Shown here: positions 46,516 to 56,037 of the stretch, piece after piece
Layout: every line of letters begins with the position of its first letter
Position numbering within the stretch: the first letter of the stretch is position 1
From: Alphaproteobacteria bacterium
GTDB taxonomy: Bacteria; Pseudomonadota; Alphaproteobacteria; CALMVH01
Direction: 5' to 3'
Assembly (NCBI GenBank): GCA_965199265.1
Contig: CBDAQV010000001.1
Coordinates: forward strand, 86,739 to 150,738
DNA: 64,000 nt
The notes under the pieces: model-generated
What the model saw: only the letters and a program-made list of their open reading frames with translations
Databases searched by the model: none
What the model was told of the DNA's origin: nothing
Position numbers and translations under genes: made by a program

Positions 46516-47745
46516 ATGTCCAATGACGCTTCCAACATCATCAGCCTCAAACCCGGAAGCTTCGAGGAAAACAACAGGAGACTTCCTCAATTCATAAAAG
46601 AAAATGTCGAGCCGATTGTAGGCGAATGGGAAGCGTTCGCCCGATCATTGAAACCTTTGGATACTGGAATGACACCGCTCGCCTTACGGGATCATATCCA
46701 TCAAATTCTTGCATTCGTCGTTGCTGATATTCGGTCCTATTAAACATCGGAGATGCAGAAAGAAAAGTCTCATGGAGACAAAAAGCAGGATCAACGCATT
46801 ACAGCTGCTCAAACCCACGCGGCTTTAAGGCTGGCTGGCGGATTCGATATAGGGCAAATGGCCTCTGAGTACCGAGCGTTGCGAGCAAGCGTCCTGAAAC
46901 TCTGGAGCAAAACCGGTCCAGCCTTCGATGCAGAAGACATTGAGGATATGACCCGGTTCAACGAGTCGATCGATCAGGAGTTGGCAGAATCTGTGAACTA
47001 CTACACAGACAAGGTCGCCCAATCGAGGGAGCTGGTGGTTGGCATCCTCAGTCACGATCTTCGGAGCCCTCTCCAGGCGATCTCACTGTCGGCAGAGCTT
47101 AGTTTGCGTATGGGAGAGCTGAACGACGGTCAAACTATGTTGGCGAAGCAGACGATGGAGAGTGCAAGCCGGATGGGTAAGCTGATCGGCAACCTACTCG
47201 ATGTCACGCGTGCCCGTTTCGGGTCGGGCCTGCCGGTCGTACGCGCGATGATGAACATCGGCTTTGTCGCTCAGCAGATCGTGGACGAAGTCCGAATTGT
47301 AAACGCCGACCGGAGGATTGATCTCGACATCTCCGGCGGCTTGACGGGGGAATGGGACAAAGCCCGGATTGGCCAGGTGTTTTCGAACCTTCTTAACAAC
47401 GCCGTGCAATATAGCTTTCAGGGGTCTCCTATTCGTGTGGAAGTCCGGGGCGATCCAAAAAGTGTGATGCTTATGGTAGCGAACGATGGTGTACCCATCC
47501 CTCCCGACAAGATCGGCATGATCTTCGACCCGCTCACGCGCGTGGTTCCGGATGAACACGACCCGACCCCCACGGGAAACATGGGGCTTGGTCTTTATAT
47601 CACCAAAGAAGTCATTGTCGCGCATGGAGGAACCATCGCCGTCGCTTCATCCGAAAAATATGGCACCGTTTTCACGGTACAATTTCCGAGACTAGCACCG
47701 AACCCTGCCATTCAGGATGCGGCCTTAAAGGCTGAGTTGGCCTAG
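46516..47745 (+). pseudogene. Sensor histidine kinase (RsbRD-N-like sensor + HisKA + HATPase) interrupted by an in-frame TAA
   Basis: Track ORFs 46516..46743 and 46753..47745 share a frame. The read-through is ..ILAFVVADIRSY*TSEMQKEKSHGDKK..AAQTHAALRLAGGFDIGQMASEYRALRASVLKLW, then the H-box SHDLRSPL, then the N and G boxes (LLNNAVQY, GLGLYITKEVIVAHGG). GC content is visibly lower than in flanking genes. Confidence 0.7.
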
Positions 47746-47908
47746 CAGCGCAATCAGGCAAGACTGGGGGGAATTTGGGCGTTCACCATTTTTCAGAAAA
47801 TAATCTGCCAGAGTATCAGGCAGACACCGCGTCTGTTAGATGCCGTCACCGGCCAGGCAAGATTTGCCGGCACCCCAAGTCGCATTCAGCCGCATAGTGC
47901 CTGCGAAC

Positions 47909-47924
47909 GGGCATGGTTCTTGCA
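47909..47924 (+). promoter_or_regulatory. Sigma54-type (-24/-12) promoter candidate
   Basis: GGGCATGGTTCTTGCA compared with the consensus TGGCACG-N4-TTGCW. The GG and GC are correctly spaced. It lies about 35 nt upstream of the ATG at 47959. Confidence 0.4.
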
Positions 47925-47958
47925 CGGGTCTGTCCGACCACCCCTTTGAGGAACACCC

Positions 47959-48222
47959 ATGTCTTCCATCAGCAGCATTTCGAACAGCAGCATGCAGTAC
48001 CTGATCCAGCAGGCGATGCAGACGCCGCAGTCCAAGCAGCCCGCAAAGACCCAGGCGACGTCCGCTCAGGACAGCTTCGCGGCCGCGATCGGCGCGACGA
48101 CGAACAGCAGCGGCGACCTTTCCGCCGTCACGCAGGCCAGCATTGCTGCCGGCGGCGCCAGCGCCGCCGGCACGGCCGCTTCCAGCGCCAACACGGCCAG
48201 CCTGCTCAACATCATGGTCTAG
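47959..48222 (+). CDS. Small (87 aa) Ser/Ala/Gln/Thr-rich hypothetical protein
   Basis: gaggaacacccATG provides an SD. The product is MSSISSISNSSMQYLIQQAMQTPQSKQPAKTQATSAQDSFAAAIGATTNSSGDLSAVTQASIAAGGASAAGTAASSANTASLLNIMV. It has no charged core and no signal peptide. Confidence 0.45.
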   Translation: MSSISSISNSSMQYLIQQAMQTPQSKQPAKTQATSAQDSFAAAIGATTNSSGDLSAVTQASIAAGGASAAGTAASSANTASLLNIMV

Positions 48223-48407
48223 GTCGCTTCACTCGGGCGACTCAGTCTGGGCACGGTCGCCGGGCGCTGGCAAACTGCGCTCGCGATCATCTATCCCGCA
48301 TGGTCGGTCGAGGGGGCGGCCTGACGCCTGTCCTGGCTTTTCGCAACGCGCTCGGTACAGGATCTGCGATCCGCGGGATGCCTATCCGAAGACAAGCATC
48401 GTGCGGG

Positions 48408-49325
48408 TCAGCCGGCCATCGCCGGACGAGGAGCTCTCCTGCTGGAAGGGGACGAGTTCGCGGCCAGGGTGCGCTCCAGCGAAATCCGCTGGTATGTGGT
48501 TTCTATGGCGCTCTGCAGTTGCTCGGCGGTATGCACTTCGAGCAGGCTTTGGCTTGGCTTCAAATCCTCTTTGGGAAAAGGCTTTTCGCCCGGCAGTACG
48601 AAATGGATCACCGCATCGACCTTGCCCAGCGTCTGCGACGCAAGCCCGGCCTTCACGCCCGACCCGCTATTTTCGATGGCGAACACGATCGCCTTCGAAG
48701 GATCGCTTCCCTTTTCGACCAAACGCGCGTCCGCTTTCTCGCGCCCCCTGAGGTAGGGTTCCGGGTTTGGCTTGCCCTTGGCCAGATCGTCGGCCGTCAC
48801 GAAATAGGCAAGAGCCTGACCTGTCTGCGGTGGCAGCGCGCCAAGGTTGGTTTGAAGTTGTGCAGCGATACCGCTGGTGACCACCCCTTGCACAACCGGC
48901 CGTGCTCCGGCGCGGTCCAGCTTCGCGAACGCGTCCACCACCGCCGGGACGCCTTCGCGAGGACTGAGCAGGTGGCTGTTCGCCTGGTAGGTTTTCAGCA
49001 GCTTCTGCTCCCACTGTTTTTCGGTCAGCGTCTTGGCGACTTCCGGAACCTGGTCCAGCAACCAGTAGTAGATGATCTTATCTCCGGCGCCATGCAGCGG
49101 GTCGTTATAGTTTCCGCCGTCCTTCATGGCCTTGGGAACGCTGAAGGACTGCTTTTCCTTGAAATGCCGTTCTTCCAGCACGACGCCCTGTTCGGCGCAA
49201 GCGAGTTTCAGCTTTTGGCGATGCAGGTCTTCGGACATGACCAGCACGCCGTCGCAATCCCATTGAAGTACGAGAGCCGGCGTTAGAAGCTTGCTGTTTT
49301 CTGTGCTTTTCATGATCGCAAACAT
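48408..49325 (-). CDS. HAD-superfamily hydrolase (subfamily IA-like) with C-terminal extension
   Basis: LVLQWDCDGVLV carries the DxDG motif I. VVTSG is motif II. KGKPNPEPYL and ENSGSGVKAG are motifs III/IV. Confidence 0.75.
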   Translation of the reverse strand: MFAIMKSTENSKLLTPALVLQWDCDGVLVMSEDLHRQKLKLACAEQGVVLEERHFKEKQSFSVPKAMKDGGNYNDPLHGAGDKIIYYWLLDQVPEVAKTLTEKQWEQKLLKTYQANSHLLSPREGVPAVVDAFAKLDRAGARPVVQGVVTSGIAAQLQTNLGALPPQTGQALAYFVTADDLAKGKPNPEPYLRGREKADARLVEKGSDPSKAIVFAIENSGSGVKAGLASQTLGKVDAVIHFVLPGEKPFPKEDLKPSQSLLEVHTAEQLQSAIETTYQRISLERTLAANSSPSSRRAPRPAMAG

Positions 49326-49436
49326 GATGGCTTACCACAGTTGAGTCAAGTGTTTAAGGATTAGCTTTATTGGCTTGAGCGCCCTTCTGGCGCTCGCAAA
49401 CCTGCAAACTTCTGAGTTGGTCGAATTGGTTACCCG

Positions 49437-49465
49437 TTGACATTATCTATCGAACGATATAGTTC
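49437..49465 (+). promoter_or_regulatory. Sigma70-like promoter with embedded inverted repeat (candidate TetR operator)
   Basis: TTGACA is at 49437-42 and TATAGT at 49458-63. The 15-nt spacer is short. The inverted repeat TATCG-aa-CGATA at 49448-49459 lies between and over the -10. The ATG of the TetR gene is at 49473. Confidence 0.45.
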
Positions 49466-49472
49466 CATAGCC

Positions 49473-50165
49473 ATGCAGCCGCTTCGCACATCGGGGGACG
49501 CACGGGGAGACAGTACGCGCATGCGTATTCTTGACGCTGCGACGGCGGTATTCGCGACCATGGGCTACGAGGGCGCATCGACCCGGCATCTCGCCGCGGA
49601 GGCGGGGGTCAACCAGCCTGCGATCCAGTACCACTTCGTCAGCAAGGAAGGGCTCTACCGCGCCGCTGTCGAGCGGATCGCTGGCGACATCGAAGCGCAG
49701 ATGAGCGCTCCCGCCGCCGACATTGCCGCCGCGCTGCAGCCGCCTATTTCCGAAAAGACCTTGACTGAAGCGCTGCTCGGCCTGCTGGGCAGCATGGCCG
49801 ACATGGTCCTGGACGAAGCGGAGCGCGAAACGCAGAGCCTGTTCATCACCCGCGCCGAGCTGGAGAACTCGTGCATGCTGGAGCCGATGGCCGAAGTCAT
49901 CGCGCGCTGCATCATCACCCCGTGCGCCACCGCCTTCGCGCGCCTGACCGGCACGGGCGAGCGGGAATCCTGCTTGCGGGCGCTGGCCATCGTGGGGCAG
50001 ATATTGAATTTCAAGAACAAATGCCTGGGCGGCGCAATCCGGCGCAACCTAGGGCTCGGCGAGTTCGACAAGGAAATGAAACAGACGGTGAAGACAATCA
50101 TCCGCGAACAGACGCTCGCCATTCTCGCCGGCGCAAAGGCGCGCACCGGGAACGCAGCACTATGA
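49473..50165 (+). CDS. TetR-family transcriptional regulator
   Basis: RMRILDAATAVFATMGYEGASTRHLAAEAGVNQPAIQYHFVSKEGLY. Confidence 0.85.
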   Translation: MQPLRTSGDARGDSTRMRILDAATAVFATMGYEGASTRHLAAEAGVNQPAIQYHFVSKEGLYRAAVERIAGDIEAQMSAPAADIAAALQPPISEKTLTEALLGLLGSMADMVLDEAERETQSLFITRAELENSCMLEPMAEVIARCIITPCATAFARLTGTGERESCLRALAIVGQILNFKNKCLGGAIRRNLGLGEFDKEMKQTVKTIIREQTLAILAGAKARTGNAAL

Positions 50166-51754
50166 AGGGGCACGGCAAACCGCGCGCCGCGACCGCCCTC
50201 GCGCTGGTCATGACGGCGAGCGCCTGCGCGGTCGGTCCCGACTTCCACCGGCCGGAAGAGCCGCCCGGTTCCGGCTATACGTCGGGGCCGGCCATGGACC
50301 GAACCAGCGGCGCGGATGCCCGGAACGGGCAAAGCCAAAACTTCGTACCCGGACAGGACATTCCCGGCGAGTGGTGGAAGATGTTCCACTCTCCCGAGCT
50401 CGATGCGTACGTGCGCGAGGCGCTTGCCAACAACCCGACTCTCGAACAGGCGCAGGCGTCGCTTCGACAAGCTCGCGAGGCGGTTTATGTCGAGCGGGGG
50501 CAGTTGTACCCGCAGGTGAACGGCACGGCGAACGCGACCCGTTCCAAGAACAGCACGGCCGAGTTCGGCGGCGCAACCACCTCGGCCGCAGGCGGGACCA
50601 GTGCGATCCCGTTCAACCTGCTCTATACAGTCTACGACGCCTCGGTCAGCGCCAGCTACAACGTCGATATCTGGGGCGGGACGCGGCGCGAGATCGAATC
50701 GGAGGAAGCCCAGCAGGAATACCAGCAGTACGAGCTGGAGGCGGCTTACCTTTCGGTCACGTCGAACGTCGTGGCCGCGGCGGTGCAGGACGCCTCGCTG
50801 CGGGCGCAGATCAAGGCGAACGAGGACATCATCTCGATCGAAAGCGACGCGCTGCGCATCCTGAATGCGCAGTTCGAGCTCGGCGGAATCTCGAAGGTCG
50901 ACGTGCTGACGCAGCAGACCACGGTCGCGCAGGCGAGGGCCAACCTGCCGCCGCTGCGCAAGCAACTGGCCCAGACCCGAAACCAGCTGATGGCGTTGAT
51001 GGGGCGCTTCCCCAACCAGGACGACGGCAAGGTTTTCGACCTCGACAAGCTGACCCTGCCGGCGGAGCTGCCGGTCAGCCTGCCGTCCGACCTCGTCAAC
51101 CAGCGCCCCGATGTCCGCGCGGCCGAGACCGAGGTGCACTCCGCGCTGGCGGAGGTCGGCGTTTCCACGGCGAACCTGCTGCCGCAGCTCACGCTCAACG
51201 CCAGCTTCGGCGACGAAGCGGTGTCCGCGAGCAGCCTGTTCGGCCCCGAAAGCGAAATCTTCAGCTTGGGCGCCGGGCTGACGCAGCCGATCTTCCGGGG
51301 GGGGACGCTGCTGCACCAGAAGCGCGAAGCGGAAGCCAACGCCGACGAGGCGCTGGCGAACTATCGGGTGACGGTGATCGGCGCCTTCCAGGATGTCGCC
51401 AACGCCCTGCGCGCGGTCGAGGCCGACGCGGACGCGCTGAAGGCCAACGTGGAAGCCAATCGCTCGGCGGAGAACAGCCTGAACATCGCCAAGCTCCAGT
51501 TCGACGCCGGGTCGCTGACCTACCTGACTCTGCTGACGACCGAGCAGCAGTACCAGCAGACGCGGCTGGCGCTGGCGCAGGCCGAGGCGCAGCGCTACGC
51601 GGATACGGCGGCGCTGTTCCAGGCTCTCGGCGGCGGATGGTGGAACCGCGGCGATGTGCTGAACGAGGACGAGGCGGATTACATAGATCGCCGCGAAGCT
51701 GCGGAGAAAACGTGGCGGAACGCAATGACGGATAGCGGGAAAGAGGGCCAGTGA
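50162..51754 (+). CDS. RND efflux outer-membrane factor lipoprotein (NodT family)
   Basis: ALALVMTASACAVGPDF carries the lipobox. WWKMFHSPELDAYVREALANNPTL follows, and the C-terminus reads LFQALGGGW. There is an ATGA overlap with the TetR stop. Confidence 0.9.
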   Translation: MKGHGKPRAATALALVMTASACAVGPDFHRPEEPPGSGYTSGPAMDRTSGADARNGQSQNFVPGQDIPGEWWKMFHSPELDAYVREALANNPTLEQAQASLRQAREAVYVERGQLYPQVNGTANATRSKNSTAEFGGATTSAAGGTSAIPFNLLYTVYDASVSASYNVDIWGGTRREIESEEAQQEYQQYELEAAYLSVTSNVVAAAVQDASLRAQIKANEDIISIESDALRILNAQFELGGISKVDVLTQQTTVAQARANLPPLRKQLAQTRNQLMALMGRFPNQDDGKVFDLDKLTLPAELPVSLPSDLVNQRPDVRAAETEVHSALAEVGVSTANLLPQLTLNASFGDEAVSASSLFGPESEIFSLGAGLTQPIFRGGTLLHQKREAEANADEALANYRVTVIGAFQDVANALRAVEADADALKANVEANRSAENSLNIAKLQFDAGSLTYLTLLTTEQQYQQTRLALAQAEAQRYADTAALFQALGGGWWNRGDVLNEDEADYIDRREAAEKTWRNAMTDSGKEGQ

Positions 51755-52923
51755 TGAGCAAGGTGCAACAGTACGATACCCCTCCTCGCACAAGAGGGTT
51801 GGTCGTCCGCATGATCGTGATGCTGCTGGTCATCGGCGCCATCGTGGGCGGCGTGGTCGCGTTCCGGTCGTTCGCGGCGAAGAAGGGCGCTGAGTTCATG
51901 GCGGGCATGAAGAACCAGCCGCAGGTCGTATCCTCCACCAAGGCCGCCAAGCAAAGCTGGCAGGCCGATCTCAGCGCCGTCGGGTCGTTGCGGGCGGTGA
52001 ACGGCACGGACATGGCGTTCGAGACCGCGGGCATCGTCGACAGCCTGCGCTTCAACTCCGGCGACGACGTGCCCGCGGGCCAGGTGCTTGCCACGCTGCG
52101 GCCGGACGATACCACGGGCAGGCTCGACTCCCTCAAGGCGCAGGAAGCGCTGGCGGAGATCACGGTCGGCCGCGACGAGAAGCAGTTCAAGGCGCAGGCA
52201 GTGGCGCAGGCGACGCTGGACACTGACAACGCCAACCTCAAGAACCTGAAGGCGCAGGTGGCGCAGCAGCAGGCCTTGATCGACGAGCGTACATTGCGGG
52301 CGCCTTTTGCCGGGCATCTCGGCATCAGGGCGGTCGACCTCGGCCAGTATGTGAACCCGGGAACGGTCGTCGTCACCCTTCAGGCGCTCGACCCGATCTA
52401 CATCGATTTCTACCTGCCGCAGCAGGCGATCCAGGCGCTTAAGCTGCACCAGCCGGTGGCTATCAAGATCGACGCCTATCCAGGACGCAGCTTCGCCGGC
52501 GAGATAGCGGCGATCAACCCGAAAGTGGATGCGACGAATCGCAACATCCAGATCCGGGCGACGCTGAAGAACACCAGGCACGAGCTGCTGCCGGGCATGT
52601 ACGGCTCGGTCCAGGTCGCCGCAAGCGCGCCGCAGGACTTCATCACGGTGCCGCAGACGGCGATCAGCTACAATCCTTACGGCGACACCGCCTTCAAAGT
52701 CGTGGACAAGGACTCGCAAGGTAACTCCGGGTTGTTCGTCAGGCAGACCTTCGTGACCACCGGGCAGACGAGGGGCGACCAGGTGCAGGTGCTGACGGGA
52801 CTGTCGGACGGCGACGTCATTGTCACTTCGGGCCAGACCAAGCTGCACAACGACACGCCGGTCAAGGTCAACAACGATGTCCAGCCTGCCTCGGACGCCA
52901 GCCCCACCCCACAGGATCAGTAG
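51754..52923 (+). CDS. RND efflux periplasmic adaptor (membrane fusion protein)
   Basis: An N-terminal TM helix, then GSLRAVNGTDMAFETAGIVDSL, LRAPFAGHLGIR and GMYGSVQV. It overlaps the OMF stop. Confidence 0.9.
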   Translation: MSKVQQYDTPPRTRGLVVRMIVMLLVIGAIVGGVVAFRSFAAKKGAEFMAGMKNQPQVVSSTKAAKQSWQADLSAVGSLRAVNGTDMAFETAGIVDSLRFNSGDDVPAGQVLATLRPDDTTGRLDSLKAQEALAEITVGRDEKQFKAQAVAQATLDTDNANLKNLKAQVAQQQALIDERTLRAPFAGHLGIRAVDLGQYVNPGTVVVTLQALDPIYIDFYLPQQAIQALKLHQPVAIKIDAYPGRSFAGEIAAINPKVDATNRNIQIRATLKNTRHELLPGMYGSVQVAASAPQDFITVPQTAISYNPYGDTAFKVVDKDSQGNSGLFVRQTFVTTGQTRGDQVQVLTGLSDGDVIVTSGQTKLHNDTPVKVNNDVQPASDASPTPQDQ

Positions 52924-52924
52924 C

Positions 52925-55900
52925 ATGAAGTTCACCGACATCTTCATCCAGCGGCCGGTCCTGGCGACGGTCGTCAGCCTGCTGATCCTGGTGCTCGGCC
53001 TGAAGGCGGCTCTGTCGCTGCCCATCCTGCAGTACCCGCGCACGGAAAACGCGATCGTCACCGTGACGACGACCGACTACGGGGCCAATCCCGACCTTGT
53101 CGCGGCGCAGATCACCACGCCGCTGGAAAACGCGATCGCGCAGGCGAACGGCATCGACTACATGACGTCGACCAGCCAGACCAGCACCAGCACCATCACG
53201 GTCAACCTGCGCCTGAACTACGATTCCGACAAGGCTCTGACCGAAATCAACACCAAGGTGAATTCGATCCTGAACCAGCTGCCGCAGGGTTCGCAGCAGC
53301 CGGTATTGACCGTGAAGGTCGGCCAGACGATCGACTCGATGTACATCGGCTTCTACAGTACCGTGCTGGATCCCAACAAGGTAACCGATTACATCGTGCG
53401 CGTCGTGCAGCCGAAGCTGCAGGCGGTCACGGGCGTCCAGACCGCCGAGGTGATAGGCGGGCAGAATTTCGCCCTGCGAGCCTGGCTCGACCCCGAAAAG
53501 CTGGCGGCCTACAGCCTGACGGCGGCGGACGTCAGCACCGCGCTGGCCAGTAACGATTACATCTCGGGCGTGGGCAACACCAAGGGCCAGATGGTCCAGG
53601 TCAACCTTAACGCGTCCACCAACCTGCACACGGTCAACGAGTTCAAGAACCTGATCATCAAGCAGTCCAACGGAGCCGTGGTGCGGCTTCAGGACGTGGC
53701 GAACGTCACGCTGGGGGCGGACGACTATGAATCCCGCGTGGCGTTCGACGGCAAGCGCGCCGTCTATATCGGCATCCAGATCGCGCCGTCGGCCAACCTG
53801 CTGGACGTCATCGGCGGTGTGAAGAAGGTCTTCCCGGAATTGCAGGCCAACCTGCCGCAAGGGCTGTCGGGATCGATCATCTATGACTCGACCTCTTTCG
53901 TGAACAGCTCGATCCACGAGGTCGAGACGACGCTGATCGAGGCGCTTCTGATCGTGACCCTTGTGGTGTTCGCCTTCCTCGGCTCGCCGCGTTCGGTGGT
54001 GATCCCGGTGATTGCTATCCCGCTTTCGCTGATCGGCACGTTCGTCATGATGTCGCTGTTCGGCTTCACCATCAACCTGCTGACGCTGCTGGCGCTGGTG
54101 CTGTCCATCGGTCTTGTGGTCGACGACGCCATCATCGTCGTCGAGAACGTCAACCGGCATCTTGAAGAAGGCATGGCTCCCGTTCCCGCGGCGATCAAGG
54201 CCGCGCGGGAACTGGGCGGCCCTATCATCGCCATGACGGTCGTCCTGGTTGCGGTGTACGTGCCGATCGGCTTCCAGGGCGGCCTGACAGGGGCGCTGTT
54301 CACTGAATTCGCATTCACCCTTGTCGGAGCGGTCACCATTTCGGCTATTGTCGCCCTGACGTTGTCGCCGATGATGACTTCTCGGCTTCTCAAGGCCCCT
54401 ACCCACAACCGCGCCAGCCTGATCGATCGAACCGTCGACTTTATCGATCGCGTTTTCGAGGGGTTGCGCAAATTCTACGAACGCAGGCTGCATTCAACCC
54501 TGAACTTCCTGCCGGTCACGGCGGTGTTCGCGCTGATCATGCTGGGCAGCATCTATTTCCTTTACAGCGGTATCCAGAAGCAGCTGGCTCCGGATGAAGA
54601 TCAGGGCTACCTCCTGGCGCTTTCCACCCCTGCGCCGAACGCGACCCTGACGCAGAAGTTGCTGTACTCGCAGCAGGTATACGATGTCTTCGCCAGTTTC
54701 CCCGAGATGTTCCACGTCTTCCAGGTCGACTCGCCGGGAACCTCGATCGCAGGGCAGGTGCTCAAGCCGTGGAGCGAGCGCGCGAGGACGGCGATGACGC
54801 TGCAGCCCATGGACCAGGCGAAGCTCAACGAAGTCGCCGGGGTCAAGATCGCGTCATTTTCTCCGCCGCCTTTGCCGGGCAGCAACGGGTTTCCATTCCA
54901 GTTCGTCATCCAGACAACCGATGACTTCAACCGCCTGAACGAGGTGGCGACCAAGATCTACCAGGAAGCGATGAAGAGCGGCGCGTTCTTCTTCATGGAC
55001 GACGACCTGAAGATCGACGACCCGCAATCCACCCTTGAAATCGACCGCGACAAGGCGGCCGACCTGGGGCTCAACATGACCGACGTCGGCAGTGCGCTCA
55101 GCGCCATGCTGGGCGGCGGCTACGTAAACTATTTCAGCCTGGACGGCCGGCCCTACAAGGTGATCCCGCAGGTGCAGCAGAAGTACCGCCTCAACACCCA
55201 ACAGCTGCTGGATTACCAGATACGGACCGCAAACGGCGGTTCGGTTCCCCTGTCCACGATCGTCAAGATCACGACGCAGACGGTGCCGGAATCGCTCAAC
55301 CACTTCCAGCAGGTGAACTCCGCGACCCTCTCAGGGGTCACGCCGTTGCCGGACGGCGACGCGATCGGGCTGATGAAGGGCATCGCGGCGAAGTACCTGC
55401 CGGCCGGCTACACCATCGACTACGGCGGGGAGACCCGGCAATTCGTCCAGGAGTCGAGCGGCTTCGCCACGACGTTCCTGTTCGCGCTCATCATCATCTT
55501 CCTCGCGCTCGCGGCGCAGTTCGAGAGCTTCAGGGATCCGGTGATCATCTTGGTCTCGGTCCCGATGTCGATCGCGGGGGCGCTGTTCTTCATCCTGCTC
55601 CTCGGCACGGTCCGGATCGGGGGCGCGACTCTCAACATCTATACCGAGGTCGGGCTCGTCACCCTGATGGGGCTGATCAGCAAGCACGGCATCCTGATCG
55701 TCGAGTTCGCGAACACCATCCAGCGCGAACAGGGCAAGACCAAGCGCGAGGCGGTCGAAATGGCGTGCGGCATCCGCCTGCGCCCCATCTTGATGACGAC
55801 CGCGGCCATGGTTCTGGGCATGGTGCCGCTTATTTTTGCGACGGGCGCAGGAGCGGTCTCCCGCTTCGCCATGGGGCTGGTCATCGCCAGCGGCATTGCT

Positions 55901-56029
55901 GTCGGAACGCTGTTCACCCTGTTCGTGGTGCCGGCAGCGTACGTCCTGATCGCTGGCGACCATCACGGCAAGGCGCACGCTCAGCGTTTGGAACGCGACG
56001 AGCTCGGCGACACACCCATCCTGGCGTGA
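52925..56029 (+). CDS. RND (HAE1, AcrB/MexB-like) inner-membrane efflux permease
   Basis: MKFTDIFIQRPVLATVVSLLILVLG...LVLSIGLVVDDAIVVVENV...KHGILIVEFAN. The product is 1034 aa. Confidence 0.95.
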   Translation: MKFTDIFIQRPVLATVVSLLILVLGLKAALSLPILQYPRTENAIVTVTTTDYGANPDLVAAQITTPLENAIAQANGIDYMTSTSQTSTSTITVNLRLNYDSDKALTEINTKVNSILNQLPQGSQQPVLTVKVGQTIDSMYIGFYSTVLDPNKVTDYIVRVVQPKLQAVTGVQTAEVIGGQNFALRAWLDPEKLAAYSLTAADVSTALASNDYISGVGNTKGQMVQVNLNASTNLHTVNEFKNLIIKQSNGAVVRLQDVANVTLGADDYESRVAFDGKRAVYIGIQIAPSANLLDVIGGVKKVFPELQANLPQGLSGSIIYDSTSFVNSSIHEVETTLIEALLIVTLVVFAFLGSPRSVVIPVIAIPLSLIGTFVMMSLFGFTINLLTLLALVLSIGLVVDDAIIVVENVNRHLEEGMAPVPAAIKAARELGGPIIAMTVVLVAVYVPIGFQGGLTGALFTEFAFTLVGAVTISAIVALTLSPMMTSRLLKAPTHNRASLIDRTVDFIDRVFEGLRKFYERRLHSTLNFLPVTAVFALIMLGSIYFLYSGIQKQLAPDEDQGYLLALSTPAPNATLTQKLLYSQQVYDVFASFPEMFHVFQVDSPGTSIAGQVLKPWSERARTAMTLQPMDQAKLNEVAGVKIASFSPPPLPGSNGFPFQFVIQTTDDFNRLNEVATKIYQEAMKSGAFFFMDDDLKIDDPQSTLEIDRDKAADLGLNMTDVGSALSAMLGGGYVNYFSLDGRPYKVIPQVQQKYRLNTQQLLDYQIRTANGGSVPLSTIVKITTQTVPESLNHFQQVNSATLSGVTPLPDGDAIGLMKGIAAKYLPAGYTIDYGGETRQFVQESSGFATTFLFALIIIFLALAAQFESFRDPVIILVSVPMSIAGALFFILLLGTVRIGGATLNIYTEVGLVTLMGLISKHGILIVEFANTIQREQGKTKREAVEMACGIRLRPILMTTAAMVLGMVPLIFATGAGAVSRFAMGLVIASGIAVGTLFTLFVVPAAYVLIAGDHHGKAHAQRLERDELGDTPILA

Positions 56030-56037
56030 CATCGTGA

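Noticed and set aside
47913-54493. Large antisense ORFs 47913..49286 (+), 49655..51793 (-) and 52868..54493 (-)
   Set aside because: Each lies opposite a gene with clear family motifs (HAD hydrolase, OMF, RND pump) and encodes Arg/Gly/Asp-rich low-complexity sequence.
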